Below are positions 12,221 through 25,490 of a stretch of 64,000 nucleotides of DNA, one piece after another (the first letter of the stretch is position 1; each line of letters starts with the position of its first letter). Location: the NCBI RefSeq assembly GCF_035084215.1, contig NC_090328.1, forward strand, positions 6,014,001-6,078,000, written 5' to 3'. Both the position numbers and the translations under genes were made by a program. The notes under the pieces are model-generated. The model was not told where the DNA came from and ran no database searches. It worked only from the letters and a program-made list of their open reading frames with translations. The stretch is from Heptranchias perlo (lineage: Eukaryota).

Positions 12221-13887
12221 GTATGTACTGATCACTGGGCCTCTGTAACTAGCCGAGGGCTGACAGACCATCGGAGAACTAGGAACAAGCTGAGGGAGGG
12301 AGGGAGGGAGTTGGATCAGCTCAGGTATTTAGACCAAGAAGGATTTGAGAGTAAAAAGAAAGCAAAAATTAATTGATTGCTCCCCCCCCCAATCTTTCCC
12401 TTTTCTCTAGTTCTGTTGTTTTATAAAATGTATTATCTTTCAGTTCTGAGGACTTAAAAGGATTTTTTTTTATTCGTTCATGGGATGTGGGCGTCGCTGG
12501 CAAGGCCAGCATTTATTGTTAAATAATTAATAATAAATTCTGAGGACAGGGTGCATAAAGTTGGCTTGCGTTCCCCTTGAGTATAGAAGATTGAGGGATG
12601 ATCTGATCGAGGTGTTTAAAACGTTAAAAGGATTCGATAGGGTAGTTACAGAGAAACTATTTCCTCCCTGGCCAGGAAATCAAGAACAAGATGACGCAAA
12701 CTTCACATTAGATTTAGACGGTTCAGGAGTGAAATCAGGAAGCACTTTTTCACACAAAGTGTGGTGGAAATGTAGAACTCACCCCCTCTAAAAAGCTGTG
12801 GGTGCTGGGGGTCAGTTGGAGCTTCCGAGGCTGAGATCAGTAGATTTTTGTTGGGTAAGGGATATGGAGCAATGGCGGGTAAATGGAGTCAAGGTGCTGA
12901 TCAGCCATGATCTGATTGAATGGCGGAGCAGGCCCGAGGGGCTGAATGGCCTCCTGCTTTTCCTAAAGATTTACACCTGAAGAGTGGCCTGACTTGTGTT
13001 GTCTGTACAGGTGCTGCCTGACCTGCTGAGCGTTTCTTGTTTTTTGTTTGAGATTGTTGAGTATTGGGGATTTTAGGTTAAGACAGAAGCACCAATTGTG
13101 AGGAGCGGAGATGAGAGGCTACCTAACCGGTTTCTACAACTAATGGGAGCTCAGGCGTTGGGTTGGTACCAGTGTATGAAGGGAGGGGTCGCCTCATAGC
13201 TCTGAGTTCCATCCTCCCAGCAAAATTAGAAGTGGTTGCTCACTGATTCATGAATGGGATGTGTAGGGCAAGCTGGGGAAAGTCCTTAAAGTGTTGAGTA
13301 TTGGGGCCTGCTGAAAGTCCCTGATGTTATCCCATCCCAAGCTGCTCACTTCCCCTCCCCCACCTTCTGTCCATCTCCGAGACTATATTCACCTCTGGAC
13401 CTGCCACCACCTACCCGCCTTTCCTGCCCCACCTACCCACCCACCTCCTGCCCCACCTACCCACCCACCTCCTGCCCCACCCCAAATCTGAGATCTTCAA
13501 TTATGCTTTAGTTACTTCCAGGCATGATTTCTCCAACACCCTGGTGTTGGACATTGGGTGAGAGTGAGGTCAGGCACTGATCACACTATACTACCAAGTT
13601 GTGCAAAACTCTACCGTGGAAAGGGTGTCAAGTCCTTAGAGAGGGCGCAGTGGGGATTTACCAGAACGGTACCAGGGATGTGGGACTTCAGTTATGTGGA
13701 GAGACTGGGGTTGTTCTCCTTAGAGCAGGGAAGGTTAAGGGGAGATTTAATAGAGGTGTTCAAAGTTATCAGGGGTTTTGATAGGGTAGATGGAGAAACT
13801 ATTTCCACTGGCAGAAGGATCAGTAACCAGAGGACACAGTTTTAAGATAATTGGCAAATTGGGAGATAGGGAGAAATGTTTTTTTTA

Positions 13888-16085
13888 TTCGTTCTTGGGA
13901 TGTGGGCGTCGCTGGCGAGGCCGGCATTTATTGCCCATCCCTAATTGCCCTTGAGAAGGTGGTGGTGAGCCGCCTTCTTGAACCGCTGCAGTCCGTGTGG
14001 TGAAGGTTCTCCCACAGTGCTGTTAGGAAGGGAGTTCCAGGATTTTGACCCAGCGACGATGAAGGAACGGCGATATATTTCCAAGTCGGGATGGTGTGTG
14101 ACTTGGAGGGGAACGTGCAGGTGGTGGTGTTCCCATGTGCCTACTGCCCTTGTCCTTCTAGGTGGTAGAAGTCGCGGGTTTGGGAAGTGCTGTCGAAGAA
14201 GCCTTGGCGAGTTGCTGCAGTGCATCCTGTGGATGGTACACACTGCAGCCACGGTGCGCCGGTGGTGAAGGGAGTGAATGTTTAGGGTGGTGGATGGGAT
14301 GCCAATCAAGCGGGCTGCTTTATCTTGGATGGTGTCGAGCTTCTTGAGTGTTGTTGGAGCTGCACTCATCCAAGCAAGTGGAGAGTATTCCATCACATTC
14401 CTGACTTGTGCCTTGTAGATGGTGGAAAGGCTTTGGGGAGTCAGGAGGTGAGTCACTCGCCACAGAATACCCAGCCTCTGACCTGCTCTTGTAGCCACAG
14501 TATTTATGTGGCTGGTCCAGTTAAGTTTCTGGTCAATGGTGACCCCCAGGATGTTGATGGTGGGGGATTCGGTGATGGTAATGCCGTTGAATGTCAAGGG
14601 GAGGTGGTTAGACTCTCTCTCGTTGGAGATAGCCATTGCCTGGCACTTGTCTGGCGCGAATGTTACTTGCCACTTATCAGCCCAAGCCTGGATGTTGTCC
14701 AGATCTTGCTGCATGTGGGCACTGACTGTTTCATTGTCTGAGGGGTTGCGAATGGAACTGAACACTGTGCAATCATCAACGAACATCCCCATTTCTGATC
14801 TTATGATGGAGGGAAGGTCATTGATGAAGCAGCTGAAGATGGTTGGGCCTAGGATACTGCCCTGAGGAACTCCTGCAGCAATGTCCTGGGGCTGAGATGA
14901 TTGGCCTCCAACAACCACTACCATCTTCCTTTGTGCTAGGTATGACTCCAGCCACTGGAGAGTTTTCCTCCTGATTCCCATTGACTTCAATTTTACTAGG
15001 GCTCCTTGGTGCCACACTCGGTCAAATGCTGCCTTGATGTCAAGGGCAGTCACTCTCACCCCATCTCTGGAATTCAGCTCTTTTGTCCACGTTTGGACCA
15101 AGGCTGTACTGAGGTCTGGAGTCGAGTGGTCCTGGCGGAACCCAAACTGAGCATCGGTGAGCAGGCTGTTGCTGAGTAAGTGCCGCTTGATAGCACTGTC
15201 GATGACACCTTCCATCACTTTGCTGATGATTGAGAGTAGACTGATGGGGCGGTAATTGGCCGGATTGGATTTGTCCTGCTTTTTGTGGACAGGACATACC
15301 TGGGCAATTTTCCACATTGTCGGGTAGATGCCAGTGTTGTAGCTGTACTGGAACAGCTTGGCTAGAGGCGCAGCTAGTTCTGGAGCACAAGTCTTCAGCA
15401 CTACAGCTGGGATGTTGTCGGGGCCCACAGCCTTTGCTGTATCCAGTGCACTCAGCCGTTTCTTGATATCACGTGGAGTGAATCGAATTGGCGGAAGACT
15501 GGCTTCTGTGATGGTGGGGATATCGGGAGGAGGCCGAGATGGATCATCCACTCGGCACTTCTGGCTGAAGATGGTTGCAAACGCTTCAGCCTTGTCTTTT
15601 GCACTCACATGCTGAGCTCTGCCATCATTGAGGATGGGGATGTTTACAGAGCCTCCTCCTCCCGTTAGTTGTTTAATTGTCCATCACCATTCATGACTGA
15701 ATGTGGCAGGACTGTAGAGCTTTGATCTGATCCGTTGGTTGTGGAATCGCTTAGCTCTGTCTATAGCATGTTGCTTCCGCTGTTTAGCATGCATGTAGTC
15801 CTGAGTTGTAGCTTCACCAGGTTGGCACCTCATTTTTAGGTGCGCCTGGTGCTGCTCCTGGCATGCTCTTCTACACTCCTCATTGAACCAGGGTTGATCC
15901 CCTGGCTTGTTGGTAATGGTAGAGTGAGGAATATGCCGGGCCATGAGGTTCTGAATCTGTCCCATTTAGCACGGTGATAGTGCCACACAACACGTTGGAT
16001 GGTGTCCTCAGTGCGAAGACGGGACTGTGCGGTGGTCACTCCTACCAATACTGTCATGGACAGATGCATCTGCGACAGGTAGATT
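13888..16085 (-). mobile_element. CR1-clade LINE, family A, 5'-truncated, with an intact 555-aa RT ORF (13941-15608)
   Basis: NYRPISLL, QFGFR, LDIKAAFDRV, GVPQGSILGP and FVDD motifs; inserted into a T-run of a family-B CR1 (13620-13880 resumes at 16087). Confidence 0.92.
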
Positions 16086-19000
16086 GGTTTACGCAGCGAG
16101 TTGTAATGATCTGGAATGCACTGCCTGAAAGGGCGGTGGAAGCAGATTCAATAATAACTTTCAAAAGGGAATTGGATAAATACTTGAAAAAGAAAAAAAT
16201 TACAGGGCCATGGGGATAGAACAGAGGAGTTGGACTAATCGATAGCTCTTTCAGAGAGCCAGCACGGGTATGATGGGCTAAATGGCTTTCTTTTGTGCTG
16301 TATGATTTTATGATCTGCCTCCTGTCCCACACTGCGTCCCACTGAACCATCATCCTTTTCCTTACACTTCATAAGTATGAAATATGAACCTGAAAGGCGC
16401 TATTGAAATGCAAATCTTTCTTTTCTTGCCGATCCTGCTCCCCCCACCCCCAACACACCAAATTCAAAATCCTCATTTACAGATCCCTCCATGGCCGTGC
16501 CCCTCCCTGACTCTGCCAACTCTTTCAGCCTTACAGCATTCTGTACCCTTTGACCCTCCCCCTCGCACTGACCTCCTGCGCACACCATCCGCCCTAACCC
16601 TTTGTTCAGGGGGTGGGGTGGGGTGGGGGGAACCTTCAGTGGGCTCAGCCCTCGTTGTTGGAGCTCCCTATCTAAAACCCCGCCACCTCAGCTTCTCCCT
16701 CTGCCTTTGAGTCATCTCCGAAACTATCTTCTGAACCCTGCACTTAGTCATCTCCCCAAACTCAAAAGTTTGGGGACATTCTAACGTAGTAAAGGTGGTT
16801 TATAAATACAAGCTGCTGAGCTCCTTAGCCGTCCAAGCAATTGTTTGCTGGATGTTCTTTAACTGTGAAGTCCTAAGGGATTGTATCTGCTGTGCCTATG
16901 TTCTAGAAACACAGGGAGCGATTGGAAATCCCTCTGCATTCCAGAACTCGTGAAAAGGGGGCCGTCGCTTTATGGTGGCTGAATTAGTTAAACTGCATTT
17001 CTATTCAATGGGATCCCGGGATTTTTATCGGAGTTTTTAGAAGTTCGTTCTGCCAATTTCACCTCTTGAAAACCACAAAGCAGATTCCTCATCACATGCC
17101 AGGCCCTTGGTGACGAGTGAGTTGCGTTGGGTCTGTGTGTCACGTGACTTCACCACAACTATCCAGCTCCCGTTGAACGCTCAGTCTCACAGAACTCTTA
17201 AGCTTTATAAGGGAGACATGAAAGAGCTGCAGCTTAACCCCATCAGGCTAACTCCACAGAGGAAGCTCCAGTGTTCATTAAAAGAAACTTGAAAGCTAAG
17301 TTCATTCTTGCCTTGTGATCCCTGGGCTTCCCATCGGAGTTCGAATCCTGGAACATTACAGCACAGGAATTTTGAAAGCTGAGATTGGTCGATTTTTGTT
17401 GAGTGAGGATATTGAGGGTTACGGAACCAAGGCGGGGAGACTGAGTTGATACAGATCAGCCGTGGTCTAATTGAATGGCAGAACAGGCCTGAGGGGCTGA
17501 ATGGCCTCCTCCTGTTCTTAACCATATCATAGTAGGTACAGCACAGGAGGAGGCCATTCGGCCCATCGTGCCTGTGCCCAGCTCTTTGAAAGAGCAAACC
17601 AATTAGTCACATTCCCCTGCTCTTTCCCCATAGCCCTGTAAATTTTTTCCCTTCAAGTATTTATCCACTTCCCTTTTGAAGGTTACTGTTCAGGCAGCGC
17701 ATTCCAGATCATTACTCACTGCGTAAAAAAAATGTTTCCTCATCTCACCTCTGGCTCTTTTGTCAATCACCTTAAATCTGTGTCCTCTGGTTACCGACCC
17801 TCTGCCACTGGAGACAGTTTCTCCTTATTTACTCCACCAAAATCGTTCATGATTTTGAACACCTCTATCAAATCTCCCCTTAACCTTCTCTGCTCTAAGG
17901 AGAACAACCCCAGCTTCTCCAGTCTCTCCACATAACTGAAGTCCCTCATCCCTGGCACCATTCTAGTAAATCTCTTCTACACCGTCTCTAAGGCCTTGAC
18001 ATCCTTCCTAAAGTGTGGTGCCCAGAATTGAACACAACAATACAGGGTCTCTTTGGCAACAAGATCGAGTATTCTGTATATTTTTTTCCTCATTCTCAGA
18101 GTGTGGGCGTCGCTGGCGAGGCCGGCATTTATCGCCTAATTGCCCCTTGAGAAGGTGGTGGTGAGCCGCTTTCTTGAACCGCTGCAGTCCGTGTGGTGAA
18201 GGTTCTCCCACAGTGCTGTTGGGTCGGGGAGTTCCAGGATAATGGCTCTAACCATGTGAAGCACCTCCAATACTATCGAAGCTCCCAAAGTCCTGGTCCC
18301 GTGCTCAGTATCACAGTGCGGCTGTACTCGGTCGGTCGGTCGGTCAGTCAGTCAGTGGTGGTGGTGGTGGACGCAGAGGGGGATAGAGACTCACAAGGGA
18401 AGAAAAGGCAAAGGATTGAAGGAGCGAGGGTGAAGGAAAGAATAGAACTGAAGCAAGATCACAATAACTTTTCTAAGAGGAAAGGTTGGGGTACTTATCT
18501 CTGGGAAAGAGATGGCTGATAGAGGTCTTTAAAATTAGGAAGGGGTTCGATAGGGTAGAGGATTTTTTTCTTGTGTGAGAGTCCAAAACTAGGTCATAAA
18601 TATAAGATAGTCATTAATAAACCCAATAGGGAATTTATCAGGGTATTTTTTCCCTTCTTGGCCCTGGGTGATTTTTCACCTCTCCCAGAAGATTACATGG
18701 CGGCAGGCAGTCGGGGGGACGGGAAGGAGGATGTGTCTAGTCATGATGCTCCGGCCATTTTGGTACGTGGGGCAGGCTTGATGGTCTTTTTGTGTGTTTG
18801 TGTTTAGAGTCAACCACACAGGGCAGACTCCAGACCAGTCCAGATAGAGGCAGCAAGTCCCCATCCCTGAAAGTTAACCAGTTTGGGTTAGCACAACTTT
18901 CATAATCATTTCTTTCCCTCTGGTGGCAGGTGACAAATGACTAGATTTATTAAAATTCAATTTCCTGAGTTGACAAGGTGGGATTTGAACTCTTAACCTT

Positions 19001-19744
19001 CACAGGTTGGTAGTCCAGTACCAGAACCACTAGACTACTGCACCACATTGTCAGTCGCAGCCCTAATTCCCCTCCTTATTCCTACTTAGCATCTGACACA
19101 CCTCCCCCCTCTCCCCCTTGTGAAGCGACTTGGGATGTTTCACTGCATTTTTTTCCCAATTTTTTATACATTCTGGGGAAGTGGGCGTCGCTGGCGAGGC
19201 CGGCAGTTATTGCCCATCTCTAGTTACCCTGAGAAGGTGGTGGTGAGCCGCCTTCTTGAACCGCTGCAGTCCGTGTGGTGAAGGTTCTCCCACAGTGCTG
19301 TTAGGTAGGGAGTTCCAGGATTTTGACCCAGCGATGACGAAGGAACGGCCGATATATGTCGGGATGGTGTGTGATGTGGAGGGGAACGTGCAGGTGGTGG
19401 TGTTATTCCCCTGCGACTGCTGCCCTTGTCCTTCTAGGTTGTGGAGGTCGCGAGTTTGGGAGGGGCTAGTATAAATGTAAGGAGTGAATATTGACACCAC
19501 TGTGTCAGCCAATGAGTTGGAGGCGGGGACGGGACTTGAGAGCCTCTGAACTCCTGACCGAAACTACAGCAAACTGAGTCTCCCGAGTACAGCGGGATTA
19601 TCTCTCCAGCAAGTGAGTGGAGATGGTTACACACATGTGCATAAAATCAATCTGTCACTCACAGCAGTGCGGGCTCCAGGCATGATTGACGGGGGAATTA
19701 CCCAATCATCTCACTATACGCAGCCTTAATTTGCAATATGTTAT

Positions 19745-20250
19745 AAGAACAGAAAATGGTAGAAGCACTCAGCAGGTCAGGAGCATCTGTGGAGAGAGAA
19801 ACAGAGTTAACGTTTCAGGCCGATGACTTTTAATCAGAACTGGAAGTAGTTAGAGATTTAACAGTGGTTGTGATCTGAAGTTAATGAAATCAATGTTGAG
19901 TCCGGAAGGTTGTAAAGTGCCCAATCGAAAGATGAGGTGCTGTTCCCCGAGCTTCCGTTGAGCTTCATTAGAACAGTGTAAGAGGCCGAGGACAGAGGGG
20001 AGTGGGACGGGGAATTAAAATGGCAAACGACCGGCAGGTCAGGGTCACACTTGCGGACAGAGCGGAGGTGTTCAGCAAAGCGATCACCCAACCTGCGTTT
20101 GGTCCCCCCAGTGTAGAGGAGACCGCGTCAGGACTAATGAATACAGTGTAGTAAACTGAAAGAAGTACAAGTAAATTGCCGTTTCACCTGGAAGGCGTGT
20201 TTGGGGCCGTGGACGGTGGGAAGGGAGGAGGTGAAAAGGGCGGGTGTTGC
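19745..20250 (-). mobile_element. Penelope-like element 3' fragment (degraded GIY-YIG endonuclease plus terminal repeat)
   Basis: Peptide LGDRFAEHLRSVRK..LPVVCHFNSPSHS typical of Penelope GIY-YIG C-termini; decayed hammerhead at 19806-19840 (core CTGATTA). Confidence 0.75.
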
Positions 20251-20445
20251 AGTTGTAATATGTTGTTGATCCTCGGGGAGTACCTGAGCTTTACCTGCAG
20301 ATTAAAGTCTGCGCCAGAATACGTTGATGGATAAACAGACGTTGTCCATCGACACAAACCAAAGTGATATCGTTTGGCTGAGAGACTCCACTGAGGGTCA
20401 TTGGACACGCTAATTTGTTGACTCCCTGACTCCGTGTTCCTGCAG

Positions 20446-20847
20446 GAAGTAATGGAGTGCCGATGACCGTGAAAGTACAGAGCAGAGTGAGGGGTAGAGT
20501 GGGAAGCTCTGTGGTTTTGCCCTGCACGTTCAACTCCTCCTACTCTCATTACACGACCGTTGAGATCACTGTCATCTGGAAGATGGAGGAGTTTTTCAAA
20601 GGACCGGTTCTGTTCAACTCGACGAACAGGGCCAAGGCGCACGAGCAGTTCGAAAACGTCGTTAACACAAACGTCAATGGCCGATACGGGCTGGCTGGGG
20701 ACCCCAGGGAAAAGGACGCTTCTTTGGAGCTGAAAGACGCTGCCTTAGGTGACAACAGCCAGTACTTCTGTCGTGTGGAAGTCAAGCGGCCGGGGCTACC
20801 TACTTTCATGATTGAAACCAAGCTTGGGACCACCCTGGAAGTGACAG
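20446..20847 (+). CDS. SIGLEC15-like: Gene A exon 2: Siglec-15-like Ig V-set domain
   Basis: Acceptor tgttcctgcag|, donor ACAG|gtaaat, phase 1-1. Peptide VVLPCTF..ITVIWK..GPVLF..GRYGLAGDPREKDASLEL..DNSQYFCRVEV resembles the Siglec-15 V domain (AVLPCTF..LTAIWR..GPQVF..GRFRLLGNPRRNDLSL..YFCRVEF, recalled). Arg codon at 20772-20774. Confidence 0.93.
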
Positions 20848-21029
20848 GTAAATTCACCATGAGCCTAAATTGCTGGGGGATGCTGATTAGAGTTGGACGA
20901 GCCCTGAGTCTGACTGATGGGTCTCTCGATTAGCTCTGAGATCCTCTATGTGGCATGCCCTCTATGAAAGTGCCTTGGGACGTTTTACTACGTTAAAGGT
21001 GCTCTAAGTGCAAGTTGCTGTATAATCCC

Positions 21030-21970
21030 TCCTTGTCCTCCTTAGCCACTCTGCAGCCTTTGACGTGGTCAATCGCACCATCCTGCTCCAACGCCTCTCC
21101 TCCATTGTCCAGCTCATTGGGACTGCCTTCACCTGGCTTCACTCTTACCTGTTCAAGTGCAGCCAGAGCAATGGCTCCTCTTCCCGCCCCCTGCATTGTC
21201 ACCTCAGGAGTATCTCAAGGATCCATCCTTGGCCCCCTCTTCTTCCTCATCTACGCGCTGCCCTTTGGTGACATTGTCAGGTTCCACACGTACTCTGACG
21301 ACACCCAGCTCTACCTCGCCACCAACTCTCTCCATCCCTCTGCTGCCGCTGTGTTGTCACAGTGCTTGCGTGACATCCAGTCTTGGATGAGGTGTAATTT
21401 CCTCTAGCTAAACTCTGGGAGGACCGAAGCCATTTTCTCTAGCCCTCGCCATAACCTTTGCTACGGACCCCATCCCCATCCCTGGCCGCTGTCTGAGGCC
21501 GAACCAGACCGTTTGCGTCCTCAGCATTCTGTTCAATCCTAAACTGATCTTCCGACTGCATGTCCGCTCCGTCACCAAGACCGCCTACTTCCACCTCCGT
21601 AACATCGCCCGCCTCCATCCCCTGCCTCAGCTCACCTGCTGCTGAAACCCTCATCCATGCCTGTGTCACCTCCAGACTCGACTACTCCAATGCTCCTCTG
21701 GCCGACCTCCCATCCTCCAGCCCATCGAAAACTCTGCTACCGTATCGCCCATCGTTCCTTCCCATTCTGACCTTCATTGTCTCCTGGTCCCTTAATGTCT
21801 CAAGTTTAAAATTCTGTTTCTCATACTTAAATCTCTCCGTGGCTTCACCCTTCTCTATCTCTGTAACTTCCGCCAGCCTTACAACCATCCCCTCCTCGCC
21901 TCCCCACCCACCCTCCGCCCCACACCAAACTCTCCATTCCTCTGACTCTGGCCTCTTGTGCATCCCTCTC
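21030..21970 (+). mobile_element. L2-clade LINE RT / 3' fragment
   Basis: [29 protein letters not shown] and AAETLIHACVTSRLDYSN motifs. Confidence 0.85.
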
Positions 21971-22214
21971 TCTTCAACCCACTCGTATTAAGGGTTATGG
22001 AACCAAGGCGGGTAGTTGGAGTTAAGATACAGATCAGCCATGATCTAATTGAATGGCGGAACAGGCCCGAGGGGCTGAATGGCCTACTCCTGTTCCTATA
22101 ATCCTTCCTATGTTCCACCTTTGCCGGCCATGCCTTCAGCCACCCTGGTCCCATGCTCTGGAATTCCCATTCCAAACTCCTCCACATCCCTCTTTTCCTT
22201 TAAGCCTCTCGGTT

Positions 22215-22550
22215 GCAGCTAGTGAAGTACCTTCGAAGTGTAGCCACTGCTGTAATGTAGGAAACGCGACAGCCAATTTGTGCAGAGCAAGATCCCACAA
22301 ATGTGCTAATGACCAGATAATCTGTTTTTAGTGATGTGGGTTGAGGGATAAATATTGACCAGGACACCGGAGAGAACTCCCCTTCTCTTTTGCTATTAGT
22401 GGCTGTGGGATCTTTTACGTCCACCTGAGGGGGCAGACGGGGCCTCGTTTTAACGTCTCACCCGAAAGACGGCACCTCTGACAGTGCAGCACTCTCTCAG
22501 TACTGCACTGGTGCGTCAGCCTAGGTTATGTGCTCAAGTCTGTAGAGTGG
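22215..22550 (-). mobile_element. Deu-domain SINE fragment
   Basis: Same family core. Plus-strand copies also at about 28445-28660, 36571-36890, 39954-40343, 54995-55438 and 60348-60700. Confidence 0.78.
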
Positions 22551-22734
22551 AACTAAAGTATTATTTTTATATCTTCCTCTTTGCGGTCTCGCAGATGGTT
22601 TCCAGTCACCTGCTTCCTCTTCTAGCCCAGTGCGTCACCCAGTCTGTCTTTTATTACGCTTGATCGGTCATGAGGTGGATTACTCCGTGTGGCGGTTTCT
22701 TACTTTATCCGCACGTCTACCCTTTTGTTCTCAG

Positions 22735-23118
22735 GCCTGCCCGCCATCCTCAACCTGTCTATCCAGGCTGTTAATGCCACGCAGTTCACCATAGTCTGCC
22801 TGGTCGAAGGGGAGCCCTCCCCGACCATCATGTGGATCGATCCCAAGAACAACAGGCTCACCGTGAACGGCAGCAACACCACGGTAACGCGAGGACCAGG
22901 GAAGTATCAGATCGTAGGAGAACTCCATGACCCGAAGCTCGGAGGGAACTACACCTGTGTGGCCACAAATGACCAGGGCAGTGTCACCCACACCATCTAC
23001 TTTGCCGTTGTCGATGAGGATGGGCTCCTGCTCAAATTGATTATCAGCATTTTGGCTGGAAGTTTAGTTCTGGTAATCCTAATTGTTATCGCCTTGGCAA
23101 TCTGGAGGAGAAAGAGAG
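22735..23118 (+). CDS. SIGLEC15-like: Gene A exon 3: Ig C2-set domain plus transmembrane helix
   Basis: Acceptor ttttgttctcag|, donor AGAG|gtaggt, phase 1-1. LPAILNLS..CLVEGEPSPTIMW..GNYTCVATN, then TM LIISILAGSLVLVILIVIALAIW and stop-transfer RRKR. Confidence 0.93.
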
Positions 23119-23274
23119 GTAGGTTATTATAAGTCAAGGATTGATGATGTTGCTGTAGTCATTTTACACTGGGCTCATGTATAAAAAAACTTGTTGGGTG
23201 TCACATAACGTTACTAAGGATGGAAGAGCCAAAGATAAAGTTATACAAGAAGCTACAAATCAAAAGGAGAGGGA

Positions 23275-25490
23275 ACTGAGAGGAGGCAGGAAATCAGGGG
23301 GAGAGACCAGACAGGAGACGGGAAATCAGAGGGAGAGACCAGACAGGAGACAGGAAATCAGAGGGAGAGATCTGGGTGGAGACAGGAAATCAGAGGGAGA
23401 GACCAGGCAGGAGACAGGAAATCAGAGGGAGAGACCAGGCAGGAGACAGGAAATCAGAGGGAGAGACCAGGCAGGAGACGGGAAATCAGAGGGAGAGACC
23501 AGGCAGGAGACAGGAAATCAGAGGGAGAGACCAGGCAGGAGACAGGAAATCAGAGAGAGAGACCAGACAGGAGACAGGAAATCAGAGGGAGAGACCAGAC
23601 AGGAGACAGGAAATCAGAGGGAGAGACCAGACAGGAGGCGGGAAATCAGAAGGAGAGACCAGGCAGGAGGCGGGAAATTAGAGGGAGTGACCAGACAGGA
23701 GATGGGAAATCAGAGGGAGTGACCAGACAGGAGACAGGAAATTAGAGGGAGAGACCAGACAGGAGACAGGAAATCAGAGGGAGAGACCAGACAGGAGACA
23801 GGAAATCAGAGGGAGAGACCAGACAGGAGACAGGAAATTAGAGGGAGAGACCAGACAGGAGACAGGAAATCAGAGGGAGAGACCAGACAGGAGGCGGGAA
23901 ATCAGAAGGAGAGACCAGACAGGAGGCGGGAAATCAGAGGGAGGGACCAGACAGGAGACAGGAAATCAGAGGGAGAGACCAGGCAGGAGACAGGAAATCA
24001 GAGGGAGAGACCAGACAGGAGACAGGAAATTAGAGGGAGAGACCAGGCAGGAGACAGGAAATCAGAGAGAGCGATTAGGCAGGAGACAGGAAATTAGAGG
24101 GAGAGACCAGACAGGAGACAGGAAATCAGAGGGAGAGACCAGACAGGAGACAGGAAATCAGAGGGAGAGATCTGGGTGGAGACAGGAAATCAGAGGGAGA
24201 GACCAGGCAGGAGACGGGAAATCAGAGGGAGAGACCAGGCAGGAGACAGGAAATCAGAGGGAGAGATCTGGGTGGAGACAGGAAATCAGAGGGAGAGACC
24301 AGACAGGAGACAGGAAATCAGAGGGAGAGACCAGACAGGAGACAGGAAATTAGAGGGAGAGACCAGACAGGAGACAGGAAATCAGAGAGAGCGATTAGGC
24401 AGGAGACAGGAAATCGGAGGGAGAGACCAGACAGGAGACAGGAAATCAGAGGGAGAGACCAGACAGGAGACGGGAAATCAGAGGGAGAGACCAGACAGGA
24501 GACGGGAAATCAGAGGGAGAGACCAGACAGGAGACGGGAAATCAGAGGGAGAGACCAGACAGGAGACAGGAAATTAGAGGGAGAGACCAGACAGGAGACA
24601 GGAAATCAGAGAGAGCGATTAGGCAGGAGACAGGAAATCAGAGGGAGAGACCAGACAGGAGACGGGAAATCAGAGAGAGAGACCAGACAGGAGACAGGAA
24701 ATCAGAGGGAGAGACCAGACAGGAGACAGGAAATCAGAGAGAGCGATTAGCCAGGAGACAGGAAATCAGAGGGAGTGACCAGACAGGAGACGGGAAATCA
24801 GAGGGAGAGACCAGACAGGAGACAGGAAATTAGAGGGAGAGACCAGACAGGAGACAGGAAATCAGAGAGAGCGATTAGGCAGGAGACAGGAAATCAGAGG
24901 GAGAGACCAGACAGGAGACGGGAAATCAGAGAGAGAGACCAGACAGGAGACAGGAAATCAGAGGGAGAGACCAGACAGGAGACAGGAAATCAGAGAGAGC
25001 GATTAGCCAGGAGACAGGAAATCAGAGGGAGTGACCAGACAGGAGACGGGAAATCAGAGAGAGAGACCAGACAGGAGACAGGAAATTAGAGGGAGAGACC
25101 AGACAGGAGACAGGAAATCAGAGAGAGCGATTAGGCAGGAGACAGGAAATCAGAGGGAGAGACCAGACAGGAGACGGGAAATCAGAGAGAGAGACCAGAC
25201 AGGAGACAGGAAATCAGAGGGAGAGACCAGACAGGAGACGGGAAATCAGAGGGAGAGACCAGGCAGGAGACGGGAAATCAGAGGGAGAGACCAGGCAGGA
25301 GACGGGAAATCAGAGGGCGAGACCAGGCAGGAGACGGGAAATCAGAGGGAGAGACCAGGCAGGAGACGGGAAATCAGAGGGAGAGACCAGGCAGGAGGCG
25401 GGAAATCAGAGGGAGAGACCAGGCAGGAGACGGGAAATCAGAGGGAGAGACCAGGCAGGAGATGGGAAATCAGAAGGAGAGACCAAATCA
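23275..25490. repeat. Purine-rich minisatellite, 32-bp unit (gagaccagacaggagacaggaaatcagaggga), about 69 copies
   Basis: Directly visible; lies in gene A intron 3; produces the ETRQETGNQRERP pseudo-ORFs. Confidence 0.97.

Noticed and set aside
13941-15608. 555-aa RT ORF as a domesticated gene or active element
   Set aside because: It is 5'-truncated with internal deletions, lacks an intact endonuclease and is nearly identical to other copies; an ordinary young LINE copy.
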